This document shows, in pieces, positions 9,635 through 19,417 of a DNA stretch of 64,000 nt. The stretch's first letter is position 1. Each line of letters starts with the position of its first letter. This DNA is from a bacterium (GTDB taxonomy: Bacteria > UBA8248 > JACPRG01 > G963555815): assembly GCA_965261595.1 (NCBI GenBank), contig CBDHDG010000005.1:672001-736000 (forward strand), in the 5' to 3' direction. Position numbers and translations under genes: made by a program. The notes beneath the pieces are model-generated. The model did no database searches, was not told where the DNA came from, and worked only from the letters and a program-made list of their open reading frames with translations.

Positions 9635-11039
9635 TCCCCCGCTCTAGGGTTTTGTTAGACACTCGATTGATCCATGATTCATGGAGAAAGGGGTGTCGCG
9701 ATGAACGAACAAAAGCAAGAGGGGGCTTTGGCGGAGGGCGCCCGCAGGGCGAACGGAGCCAAGGCCCCAGGGCATCGCAGTGAGCGGGGTCGGTTCTCCT
9801 GCCAGGCGCAAGCGGGAGGCGGTCCTGCGTCTTTTGCGGGGCGAGAGCCTGGAGACGCTCTGCCGCGAGTTGGGCACGACAGCGGCTCGGCTTTCCGCCT
9901 GGCGCGAGGCGTTCCTTCGCGGGGGCGAGGCGGCGCTCAAAGCCCGCCCGGCGGATGAGCGGGACGAGGAGAACGCCCGGCTCAAGGCCAAGGTGGGCGA
10001 ACTCACGATGGAGGGCGAGGTCCTGCGGGAGAAGATCGACCGCCTGGAGGCCGGCCGCCCTTTAGCCGGCAGGAGGTGGAGGCGATGAGTCAGGCCCGCT
10101 TCACCTCCACGGGCAGAGCCTACGGCCTGAAGCGGGTGTGCGCCCTTTGGGGCTTGGCGCGCTCCACGGTCTACGCGCAACGGCGGCGAGAGGCGGTCCC
10201 CGTTCATGAACGCCCCACGCCCAATAAGCGCGGCCCTGTGGGCCCGTGCACCGATGCGGAACTCCTCGGCCACATCCGGCAGGTCCTGGAGGACTCTCCC
10301 TTCCATGGCGAGGGCTACCGCAAGGTGTGGGCGAGGCTGCGCTTCGCGGGCATCCGCACCAGCAAGGAGCGGGTGCGTCGCCTGATGCGGGAGGCGGGGC
10401 TTCAGGCCCCCCACCGGGTGGGCAAACCCCGAGGTCCCAAGGCCCACAACGGGACCATCCGCACCGAGCGGCCCGACCGAATGTGGGGCACGGACATGAC
10501 GACGACGGTGACCACCGAGGAGGGGATGGCCTCGGTGTTCGTGGCGGTGGATCACTGCTCGGTGGACTGCGTGGGGATCCATGCGGCCAAGAGCGGCAAC
10601 CGCTTCGAGGCCCTGGAGCCGATCCGGCAGGGGGTCGCCGAGCGCTTCGCCGGCTTGGAGGCGGACGTCGCCGAGGGGCTTAAAGTTCGTCACGACCACG
10701 GCCCCGCCTATCTGTCCGATGACTTTCAGCGGGAGATCGCCTACCTGGGCATGACCAGTTCGCCCAGCTTCGTGCGGGCGCCCGAGGGAAATGGCTACTG
10801 TGAGTGGTTTATCCGCATCTTGAAGGAGAATCTCCTGTGGGTGCGCTCTTTCGCCACCGTAGAGGAACTGCGGTGGGCGCTGCTTGAGTTCAAAAACCTG
10901 TACAACCATCATTGGATTCTCGAGGGCTACGGCTACCGAACGCCGGCCCAGGCAAGGCAGGAAAAACTCGCTCAAGTTGCGGAGGCCGCATGAGGTCGAA
11001 TACCCTCACCCGAGTGTCCAATAACCCAGGGGCGGTCCA
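9635..11039 (+). mobile_element. IS3-family element, copy 1 (1405 bp; TSD GTAG)
   Basis: Imperfect terminal IRs (TCCCCCGCTCTAGGGTTTTGTTAGACACTCG / CGAGTGTCCAATAACCCAGGGGCGGTCCA). GTAG at 9631-9634 and 11040-11043. orfA carries an extra G; orfB is a DDE protein. Confidence 0.92.
10085..10993 (+). CDS. IS3-family transposase OrfB (DDE/rve)
   Basis: WGTDMT...RHDHG...PEGNG..E.FIR.LKE. The start overlaps the orfA stop (ATGA). Confidence 0.9.
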   Translation: MSQARFTSTGRAYGLKRVCALWGLARSTVYAQRRREAVPVHERPTPNKRGPVGPCTDAELLGHIRQVLEDSPFHGEGYRKVWARLRFAGIRTSKERVRRLMREAGLQAPHRVGKPRGPKAHNGTIRTERPDRMWGTDMTTTVTTEEGMASVFVAVDHCSVDCVGIHAAKSGNRFEALEPIRQGVAERFAGLEADVAEGLKVRHDHGPAYLSDDFQREIAYLGMTSSPSFVRAPEGNGYCEWFIRILKENLLWVRSFATVEELRWALLEFKNLYNHHWILEGYGYRTPAQARQEKLAQVAEAA

Positions 11040-11157
11040 GTAGCTTGCATCCCGGCCAGCCAGCATCGATTGTGCGGAAACTTCTCCGCGAAGCCCTGAA
11101 TCGGCGATTAATTTCCCGTGTCATGACTGCGATGTTGGTATTAAGTTCGCCGGGAAG

Positions 11158-12303
11158 ATGGCTGGAGGTGTGATGCAAACCCTTTTGATTGCAACGGCCG
11201 ACGGCGTATGGGCCATAGAGCCATCCCGGTGCGAACGCGTTGGCCTGGTGGGTGAGCGGATTACCGCCTTGGCCGCTTCGCCCGAGGCAGGCGTGATCTA
11301 TGCCTCGACTGCTGCGGGACGGATTCATCAAAGCAAGGACCAGGGGACGACCTGGACGCTTCAGTTCCAGAGTAAATCCCGCAACCGGTTCACTGCTCTT
11401 GCTGTTTCGCCCTCGCCGCCCCATCCGGTATATGCCGGCACGTGGCCGGCGGACGTTTTCCGGTCCTCGGTCGGCGGAGCATGGGAGCAGCTGGAGTCCT
11501 TCCGAGAGATTGAGGGAGCGGAAGGCTGGGTTTTTCCGCCGCCCCCACACAAGGCACGAACGACCTCCTTTGCCTTTGACCCGTCGGACCCTTCCACTAT
11601 TTACGCGACGGTAGATCTCGGCGGCGTCATGAAGAGTGGGAACGGCGGCGAGTCGTGGCGGCCTCTCACGACCGATGTGAACCGGGACACGCACGATGTA
11701 CGACTCCATCCTCAAGATCCAGCTATTCTCTACGTCAGCACTGGATTCGGTTCGACCCATCGGCCGGGTGTTTACTGGTCTCGGGACGGGGGCGAAACCT
11801 GGGAGTTCCGTTACCGGGACGCGCATCCGGTCTATACGCTTCGGATGTGCATCGACCCGGTGCGGCCGGAAGTTCTCCACGTCGTCGCCTATCCCTACGC
11901 ACCGGGAGACTGGCACAACCCGACTGGGACGGGCGGAACACTCATGCGAACCGAGGACGGGGGAGCGACCTGGACGGCGCCCCACGTGGGTGTACACTTA
12001 CCCACGGTGAACTACGTCCCGATGATTCGGCCGGACCCTGTTGGGCCGGGGGGCGTGCTGTTCGCCATCAGCCCATTCCTTCCACCCACAGAGCCCCCGA
12101 AGGATGGACCGTCGGCCCGGTATTACAACGACGACGGGTACAATCCGCCGCTTCCCTATTACAATTTCACTGGGAATATCTCACCGTCGATGGATCCCCC
12201 CACGCGGGAAGCCCGAATTGTTCGTTCCGGTCCGGATGGAGACACCTGGGAGGTTGTAGCCACCGGCCTGCCGCCTCTTCAGGATTTCCTGCCCCTGGTC
12301 TGA
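11158..12303 (+). CDS. BNR/Asp-box beta-propeller protein (WD40/YVTN-like)
   Basis: Repeated S/T-x-D-x-G-x-T-W motifs: SKDQGTTW, SGNGGESW, SRDGGETW, TEDGGATW. Confidence 0.75.
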   Translation: MAGGVMQTLLIATADGVWAIEPSRCERVGLVGERITALAASPEAGVIYASTAAGRIHQSKDQGTTWTLQFQSKSRNRFTALAVSPSPPHPVYAGTWPADVFRSSVGGAWEQLESFREIEGAEGWVFPPPPHKARTTSFAFDPSDPSTIYATVDLGGVMKSGNGGESWRPLTTDVNRDTHDVRLHPQDPAILYVSTGFGSTHRPGVYWSRDGGETWEFRYRDAHPVYTLRMCIDPVRPEVLHVVAYPYAPGDWHNPTGTGGTLMRTEDGGATWTAPHVGVHLPTVNYVPMIRPDPVGPGGVLFAISPFLPPTEPPKDGPSARYYNDDGYNPPLPYYNFTGNISPSMDPPTREARIVRSGPDGDTWEVVATGLPPLQDFLPLV

Positions 12304-12522
12304 GCGAAGGTGGCGGGATCGAATGCTGCGTTGTTGTATCGGAGAACGTTGAACAAGATCGGTTGGGATGATCTTTGCGGGACGATATCAGGCTTGGCGG
12401 GGATAGCGCAGTAGCGCTCATTTATCGGGCCGCGGTGATTAAGCAGTGCTCATGGGCTTCAGGAGGCTTCGCTGAACGGTCGGCCGTTATGGGTGTAGGG
12501 GTCGAGTTTCGTCCGGAGGTTG

Positions 12523-13374
12523 TTAGGATGACCGATCCGGCTCCAGCGCCGCGCCGACGGGCCATTCCATGATCGTGATGCCCGTGAACCACACCGGCTC
12601 CGGCTCGTAGACCCAGGTTTCCGCCCGGGTGTTTCCGGCAACGGCTGCCGCTGCGATCCAATTGCGGACCTCGTTGGCCCCGTTTCCGCCGGCATCGATC
12701 TTTTTCTGGCTCCACCCCGCAAGCTGGTTGGCCCGGCCTTCGGAGAGGAGTTCAATCGCTGTTCGGTCCCAGCCCTCGTCTATCCGGCCCATCTCGGGCG
12801 TTCCGATCCAGTGGGACATGGCGCCGGTGCCCAGCACCCCCACGCGATCGATCCGGTCGTAATCCTCCAGCGCGCGCCGCACGGCGAGGCCGAGGGCGTA
12901 GGACCGCTCCGCCGGCGGGAGGGGGGGCGAGACGGTGTTTTGCAAGATCGGGACGAGGGGGATCGGGGGGTCTCCCATTCGGTGAATCGGCGTGACGACG
13001 GAATGGTCGAGGTCCATCTCGCGGCACAGGAGCGGATCGAACCCGTTGTCCAACAGGGCCACCGCCAGGTGGAGGCCGAGGTCCGCGTCGCCCCTCCGCC
13101 CCCCATTCACTTTCGGCATCCATCCCTCGCTGGAGACGTTCAGGTGCCTTGGGGACGCCCCCACCGCCAGGGCCGGGAAGCAGTCAGGGGAGAAGGTCTG
13201 GATGTGGTCGTTGCCGAAGACGATCAGCGCCTCGACATCCCGCTCGATCAATGTCCGGCCCACCCGCTCGTAGGTCGAGAAGACCTTCTCTCTGACCTCC
13301 GCGGGGGCCTCCTCCGCCCGGGTGATGAGGAGGGGCGCGTGGCTGACACCGAAGACGGCGATTACCTCAGCCAC
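12523..13374 (-). CDS. Extradiol ring-cleavage dioxygenase, LigB-like catalytic subunit
   Basis: SHAP, NDH, LDHS, GTGAMSHW and E.RNW motifs. Confidence 0.85.
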   Translation of the reverse strand: MAEVIAVFGVSHAPLLITRAEEAPAEVREKVFSTYERVGRTLIERDVEALIVFGNDHIQTFSPDCFPALAVGASPRHLNVSSEGWMPKVNGGRRGDADLGLHLAVALLDNGFDPLLCREMDLDHSVVTPIHRMGDPPIPLVPILQNTVSPPLPPAERSYALGLAVRRALEDYDRIDRVGVLGTGAMSHWIGTPEMGRIDEGWDRTAIELLSEGRANQLAGWSQKKIDAGGNGANEVRNWIAAAAVAGNTRAETWVYEPEPVWFTGITIMEWPVGAALEPDRSS

Positions 13375-13654
13375 GATGTTCCCCCTGGATCGTCGAGCCG
13401 GGAAAGGAAAGGCCCTCCAGCGCCGCGCGAAACTCGTTGTCTGTGATGTGGTTCCAGTGCTGGAAAAAGCGCAACAGGTACGGGTTCACCCCCAGCAGCC
13501 ACAGGGTGCGAAGATCAGCCTTGTCCACGGCGGCGATTTCCTCTTCGGTCAGGTCATACGTGGAGAGAAACGCGGCGGTGTCCGCGCTGTATCGTTCACG
13601 GATTTCCGGAAACTGGAGGTCGTGGATGAACTTATTCAGGGCAGGAAGTGACAT
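13367..13654 (-). CDS. Extradiol dioxygenase LigA-like small subunit
   Basis: 95 aa with YDLTEEE.AAV...DLRTL..LGVNPYLL. It overlaps the LigB-like start. Confidence 0.75.
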   Translation of the reverse strand: MSLPALNKFIHDLQFPEIRERYSADTAAFLSTYDLTEEEIAAVDKADLRTLWLLGVNPYLLRFFQHWNHITDNEFRAALEGLSFPGSTIQGEHRG

Positions 13655-13935
13655 CGAGTGTCTGCCGGGCGGTGGAAATCCCTCGTTGGGCCGGGCATTT
13701 TCACGGTTCGGCGGCCTTTGATTGCGGACATAGCGTCCGCGGAGTTCCTAACGGCCTCACATCGTATCACAATCCTTGCGCACGACAGAATCCGGCTTCC
13801 CCCAAGCGGTTTCATGGATATCACCGTCGAGCGGAGGACACGGCTCCGAGCTTCGAGGTCAGCGAAGCGCGCAAGCGGATATCTAGGGTCCAAAGGGGAG
13901 AGACCGCAATCCTGAAGGGGATGGGGGAGGACGGT

Positions 13936-14781
13936 CTAAAGGCCCCCCTCGTCCTTGAGCTGGTCGTAGACCCTCTCGATGTTCCGCTTCTGGACGACCG
14001 GCGCAATCGTTTCATATTCGGGAGGGATGGGGAGCTGGTCGATGAACGTGATCCGCTCGGCCGCCTCCTCCCGGGTGAGCCCGTTATCAATGGCGTCTCT
14101 CACCGTATTGAAGATCTCCGTCAGGGTCGCACGCTGGATGGGGAGATACGACTTGTCGCAGACCTTCCCGTGGCTTGGAACCAGGACGTCCACATTCATC
14201 TCTTCCAACACATCGAGGGCCTCCAGCCAAAGGCGGGGGATGCACTGGTGGAGCCAGGGCATGAGGTCGTTGAAGATCAGGTCGCTTGTGAAGACGAGGC
14301 GGTGGCGCGGCAGGTGAACGATGGTGGTGTTCGGGAGGTGACCGGGGAGGTTCACGAGCCGGATTTCCTCTCCTCCCAAACGGAGGGTGAGACGCCGCGA
14401 AAAGGTCAGGGTGGGCTCCCTCGGGACGTACCCCTCCATGAAGGGAAGGCCCTCGGGGTCGCTCTTGGCGACAAAATCCGCGGCGTTGTCTATCTGCCCG
14501 CCCGAAATTGGCGAAAGCTCGTGGAAAAACTCCCGCGTTCCCTCATGCGCCACGATCTCCCCTTCGAAAAATGAGTTTCCCAGGATGTGGTCGATGTGGT
14601 GCTCGGTGTTGATGATGTAGGCCACGGGCCCGTGTTTTTTCAGGTCTTCCCGCCACCGGACGGCAACCGATGGAGGCTCGGGTGTGTCGATCAAGACAAC
14701 GCCTTCCGGCGTTACCACATAACCCGGGTTACACCCCGGAATGTTTGTCTCGATGAAGACTCCCTTCGCAATCTCCTCCAT
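13936..14781 (-). CDS. MBL-fold metallo-hydrolase (cyclase-like)
   Basis: VLIDT, variant metal motif TEHHIDHILGN, PGH, FTSDL and VPSHG. Confidence 0.85.
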   Translation of the reverse strand: MEEIAKGVFIETNIPGCNPGYVVTPEGVVLIDTPEPPSVAVRWREDLKKHGPVAYIINTEHHIDHILGNSFFEGEIVAHEGTREFFHELSPISGGQIDNAADFVAKSDPEGLPFMEGYVPREPTLTFSRRLTLRLGGEEIRLVNLPGHLPNTTIVHLPRHRLVFTSDLIFNDLMPWLHQCIPRLWLEALDVLEEMNVDVLVPSHGKVCDKSYLPIQRATLTEIFNTVRDAIDNGLTREEAAERITFIDQLPIPPEYETIAPVVQKRNIERVYDQLKDEGGL

Positions 14782-15128
14782 GGGATCTCCTCGGGAATGT
14801 GAAGGTTGCCGGCCTCATTGGCCCCTCGCATAAAGGCCGGGAGATTCGGTCTTATTCGTCATTCTCTTATTCCTCTCCGGGCGGCCTGCTCTTCGTTGTC
14901 CCTTGCCGGCTTTCGAAGCGTGATGCAGCCAACAATTCTTGGTGATTCTTTGAGTGATCAGCCTCCCTGACCCTTTGCCTCGAAGTATAGAGTAATTTGT
15001 TGATCCCGTCAGTTGGGGACTTGAGAGATAGGCGGATAAAGATCAAGCTGTATGGAGTGCCGGGGGAAAATGTGGCAAGGTGGCAGCGGTTCTTGAGTTC
15101 TCCAATCGCAAAGGGAAGATGATTTGCC

Positions 15129-16022
15129 ATGACCATCACGCGCGTTGACAGCTTCCATTTCCATCCCGGAATGAAAGATTACGTCCTAGCCCTGAAGCGG
15201 GCCGACCCCGCCGGCACACCCTGGACGCCATTGGAGAAGCCGCTTGCCGAGTGTACGGTCACGCTGGTCTCTTCCGCCGCAATCCACCGGAAGGGAGACA
15301 CCCCGTTCGATCTGGAGCGAGAGCGCCGCGAGCCCACCTGGGGCGACCCCACCCACCGGGAGATCCCCCGCTCGGCCGGGCAGGATGACACCGCGTACAC
15401 GCATCTCCACATCGACACCTCCTACCTGGAACAAGACCGGAACGTCGCCTGGCCCGTGGACATCTTCGAGGATTACGGGCGGGAGGGAAGAATCGGACGG
15501 TTGGCGGATACGCTCTATTCCATCATGGGTTATATCCCGAACTTCCATCCCCTGGTGAAGAAGACCACCCCGGCCCTGATCGCCCGGATGAAGGAAGAGG
15601 AGGTGGACGCCGCTTTCCTCATTCCCGTTTGACCCATTTGCCCGCGGTCGGTCGGACTGCTTCAGCGTGAGATTGAAAAGGCGGGGATCGCGACGGTGTC
15701 CGTCAGCAACGTGCCGGAAATCACCGAGCGGGTAGCCGTCCCGCGCGCAGTATTTGTTCAGCATCCCTTCGGCCGGGTGCTCGGGGACGTCGGGGACCGG
15801 GCCGGACAGCGGCGGGTCTGTGACGCCGCCCTCGAATCGCTGGAGTCGGCGGATTCCCCCAACCACCATCGCCACTTGCCCTACGTGTGGCCGGAATCCC
15901 CCGAGAAAGTGAAGTGGCGGCCGGACGTGCCGCCCCCCTTGGGCAGTTACGTCCGGCAGGGAAAGCTGGACCATGCCGAGACGGTTGTCCGGGCCCTGCG
16001 CGACGAGGAGCGCGAAGGCTAG
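15129..16022 (+). CDS. Selenoprotein of the glycine/sarcosine/betaine reductase B / D-proline reductase PrdB family (Sec at TGA 15630-15632)
   Basis: ORFs 15129-15632 and 15696-16022 are in the same frame. Readthrough gives LIPV-U-PIC-PRSVGLLQREIEKAGIATVSV, a UxxC motif. The N-terminus has PWTPLEKPLAECTVTLVSSA and GDPTHREIP. A SECIS-like hairpin follows the TGA. Confidence 0.88.
15644..15660 (+). promoter_or_regulatory. Bacterial SECIS-like stem-loop
   Basis: Stem GCGGUC/GACUGC (one G-U pair) with loop GGUCG, starting 11 nt after the UGA, the same spacing as the E. coli fdhF SECIS. Confidence 0.75.
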
Positions 16023-16067
16023 GTTCGCGTCTCCAAAATCAATTGACACTTCCTAAATTGCCGAGAA

Positions 16068-16086
16068 GGCGGGCAAGATGCCCGCC
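16068..16086. repeat. REP-like palindrome / possible terminator between convergent genes
   Basis: GGCGGGCA-AGA-TGCCCGCC. Confidence 0.4.
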
Positions 16087-16357
16087 CTGCCTGGATTGAA
16101 AACACCGTGTTTCCATCGTTCGGTAGGCCGGGCGTTTGGGTCGGATGACCCCTTGCCCGGCCGGAAAGAGACCATTCGGGTCCCAATATGTAAAACCATT
16201 TGGGGGTTGGCGGGTTCCCGCGTTTCGGGCTTTGGCTTGAGGATGCGGAGGCCGACGAGCGGGTCCGCGAGATTCAAGGGCCGGTTTTCGCGTCGGGGCT
16301 TATCGGGGGGGGAGGGGGGCCGGAGGACAGGGCGCGCCCGGGTCAACACGCGATGGA

Positions 16358-19168
16358 TTATCCGTCGTCCCGCTCCCACGGGTTGGCGGCCAGCCATGTT
16401 TCGACAATCTCGGCTTCACGTTCCAGTCTTGTCAAGATCGGTCCGGCGTCCCGGATGGTTCCGGCCCTTCCCATGGTTTCCAGTTGTCCGCAAAGGTCCA
16501 CCACCTTTTTGGCGCCGACGATGTGGCCGGCGCCCTTCAAGGTGTGGGCCGCGCGCCAGATGGACTCGGCGTCCCGTTGATCGATGGCCTTCCGCAACTC
16601 CGCGAGTCGAGAGGGCGCATCCTCCAGATACAGACCGACCAGCTTTTTCACGACGCCGGGATTGCCATCCTTTTCGAGCTGGATGAGCCGGTCGATCGCT
16701 TCCCGATCGATGGGATCTCCATCGGAATCGCGCGGATCGTTCTCGCCGGCCAGGGGCGCGGCGTCCTGCGTGGCTTGGCCGCGCCACTTGCGAAGCACGT
16801 CGGAGAGCGACTCCCCGCTGACGGGTTTTTCGAGGAAATCGTCCATGCCCGCCGCCAGACATTTTTCCCGGTCTCCTTCCATGGCGAAAGCCGTCAGGGC
16901 GATGATGGGAACGCGCCGGCCCGATGGGTCCTCTTTTTTCCTGATCCTCCGTGTGGCCTCGAACCCGTCCATCGTCGGCATTTGGCAATCCATCAAAATC
17001 AAATCGTAGGGATCGCTCGACCATGCGGCCAGGGCTTCCTCCCCGTCGGCCGCCGTATCGACCCGGCATCCGAGGCACCCGAGCATGAGGATGACGACCT
17101 CCCGGTTGACCGCGTTGTCTTCGGCCAACAGGACGCGGGCGTTGAATTTCGGCGCGATATCCTCCCGGGACCGGTCGGGCGGGGATTCGGGGGGGCGGGG
17201 GCCGGATACGCCCATGACCTCCGACAGGCAGGCGATGAGGCGGGACGGACTGACGGGTTTGGTCAGGACAGTCTGAATGCCGAATTGACGGAGACGCTCC
17301 GGTTTCATCTGGAGAACGCCTCGGGTGACGATCACCCAGCGGACGGACGGCGGCTCCCGATCCGCTTTGAGCTCCTTGGCCAGCTCCAGGTGGTTGACCC
17401 CCGGAGGGTTCGAATCCAGCAGGACGACGTTGTATGGTTGTAGGTCTTTCGCGGATTGAAGGGCCTTGAAGGCCTGCCGGCTGTCTTCGACGATGTCGTT
17501 TTGTATCCCGAATGTGGTCATGTGATACCGCAGGATGTCGCGGCTTGTGGCGTTGCCGCCGGCGATGAGGACCCGCGCGCGCTTCACATCCGGATGGAGG
17601 GCCGGCGGAGGCTCGGGGCCGTTTGCGTCGGAGGCCTGTTTTTCCAGCCGGATGGAGAAGTGGAAGATCGATCCGCGGCCGGGTTCGCTCTCGACGGTGA
17701 TTCGCCCGCCCATCATTCCAACAATTTGCCGGACAATCGCCAGACCCAGACCCGTTCCGCCGTATCTGCGGGTGGTGGATTCATCCGCCTGGGAAAAGGA
17801 CTCGAAGATGCGCTCCCGGGCGGCGTCCGGGATTCCGACGCCGGTGTCGCGGACCTCGAATCGCAGAACCGCGGCATTCTCTTCCTCACGCTCCGATGAG
17901 ACCCGAAGCGTCACCTCCCCGGTCTCGGTGAATTTGATGGCGTTGTCCACCAGGTTTGTCAGGACCTGGGCGATGCGCCCCGGATCGCCCCTCAATGCGG
18001 CGGGCGCGTCCCGCTCGATTCGGTAAGCCAGCTCCAGGCCTTTGTTGTGGGCGCGGTCGGCCAGGAGCTCGATGACGTTGTCGATGGTGTCGGAGAGGTT
18101 GAAGTCGATGATTTCCAGCTCCAGCTTTCCCGCTTCCACCTTCGAGAGATCCAGGATCTCGTTGAGGAGTCCCAGGAGCGACCTCCCCGAGCGCTGGATG
18201 GTCCGCGAGAGCCGCCGTTGGTGGTCCGTCAACTCCGTGTGAGTCAGCAATTCCACCATGCCCAAAATGCCGTTCATGGGCGTGCGGATTTCGTGGCTCA
18301 TGTTCGCCAGGAATTGGGACTTGGACCGGTTCGCGCTCTCGGCCGCTTCCTTGGCCTTTTCCAGCTCGGCGACCGCGCTCTCGAGCTCGCGGTTGCTTTT
18401 CAGGAGCTCGGCGGTCCGGGTGCGGACGAGTCCTTCCAGCCGTTCGCTGTGTTGCGCCCATTCATCTTCGCGGGGCGGGTTCTGTGAGAACATCTCGCGG
18501 GCGCCGGCCCGGGGCGTCCCAGGCGCCTCTCCGTGTCGGCCTGCCCGGATGGCCTGTTGATCTTCCTCCGAAGGGTGTTCCGTAGGCGCCGCCGGCGTCA
18601 GGGCGGGATGAGGGATCCTCCGCCGGAGGCCGGAGGACAACAACAGGGCCGCCAGCACGGACGCCGGCAGGAGGACGGCGAGGGTCCCGGTGTAGCGCCA
18701 CAGGCGCGCGTAGAGCGGTTCCGGGTCCCCCCGAAGGTAGACCGTTCCGATTCTTTCCCCGTTCAGAACGATGGGCTCGAACCTCTCCAGGCGGCCGGCC
18801 GCCTCTGGCGGCGGACAACGCCGCTCCGTGTCCGCGCGATGGCGCCGGGCAAACACCGATCCGTCTTTCGCTCGGATACAGGCGGAGAGGATCCGTCTTT
18901 CAAGCGCGAGGGCGGCGAGAATTCTTTCGGCCGCCGCCGGGTCATCTGAAACCAGGGCGGCGGCCGAGCTCGCGCCGACGATCCCGGCCAGGACCGAGAG
19001 GTCTTTTGTGAAGGACCGTTGGAAGGCGACCCATTCGTATGTGAAATATCCGGCGCAAGCCAGCAGGAGGGCGACGGGCCCGATCAGTATGACGATCAGC
19101 GTTTGCTTATTCCGGGAGGAAAGGTATCGGAACGAAGACATGTCCGTCCTTCTTTCCGGTGGGTGCAT
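16358..19168 (-). CDS. Hybrid sensor histidine kinase (2 TM with CHASE8-like sensor, HisKA, HATPase, two REC, Hpt)
   Basis: [47 protein letters not shown] and AHTLKG. The start may be the ATG about 27 nt downstream. Confidence 0.92.
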   Translation of the reverse strand: MHPPERRTDMSSFRYLSSRNKQTLIVILIGPVALLLACAGYFTYEWVAFQRSFTKDLSVLAGIVGASSAAALVSDDPAAAERILAALALERRILSACIRAKDGSVFARRHRADTERRCPPPEAAGRLERFEPIVLNGERIGTVYLRGDPEPLYARLWRYTGTLAVLLPASVLAALLLSSGLRRRIPHPALTPAAPTEHPSEEDQQAIRAGRHGEAPGTPRAGAREMFSQNPPREDEWAQHSERLEGLVRTRTAELLKSNRELESAVAELEKAKEAAESANRSKSQFLANMSHEIRTPMNGILGMVELLTHTELTDHQRRLSRTIQRSGRSLLGLLNEILDLSKVEAGKLELEIIDFNLSDTIDNVIELLADRAHNKGLELAYRIERDAPAALRGDPGRIAQVLTNLVDNAIKFTETGEVTLRVSSEREEENAAVLRFEVRDTGVGIPDAARERIFESFSQADESTTRRYGGTGLGLAIVRQIVGMMGGRITVESEPGRGSIFHFSIRLEKQASDANGPEPPPALHPDVKRARVLIAGGNATSRDILRYHMTTFGIQNDIVEDSRQAFKALQSAKDLQPYNVVLLDSNPPGVNHLELAKELKADREPPSVRWVIVTRGVLQMKPERLRQFGIQTVLTKPVSPSRLIACLSEVMGVSGPRPPESPPDRSREDIAPKFNARVLLAEDNAVNREVVILMLGCLGCRVDTAADGEEALAAWSSDPYDLILMDCQMPTMDGFEATRRIRKKEDPSGRRVPIIALTAFAMEGDREKCLAAGMDDFLEKPVSGESLSDVLRKWRGQATQDAAPLAGENDPRDSDGDPIDREAIDRLIQLEKDGNPGVVKKLVGLYLEDAPSRLAELRKAIDQRDAESIWRAAHTLKGAGHIVGAKKVVDLCGQLETMGRAGTIRDAGPILTRLEREAEIVETWLAANPWERDDG

Positions 19169-19417
19169 GGCGGACGGAACCGGCTGGTGTCAGGATCTCG
19201 GGGGTGACTCTCAGTCCCGCCTTCGCCGCGTTCGGGCCATTTTCTCGGCTGCGCCGATTTGGCTGACATGCCAAGGCTGAAAACCAGGGTCATCTTGGCC
19301 GACGCGGACAATTGGAATCCATTCTATGTCCGAATAGGGGAGCGGGGTCAAAGGGGGCGGGCGAATCGGCGGGTTGGGGATGGATGGTTGGAAGCCCGGT
19401 GGATCGCGGGAATCGGT

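Noticed and set aside
15073..15087. Sigma54 promoter upstream of the selenoprotein gene
   Set aside because: GG-N10-GC spacing is present, but the TTGC -12 element is missing.
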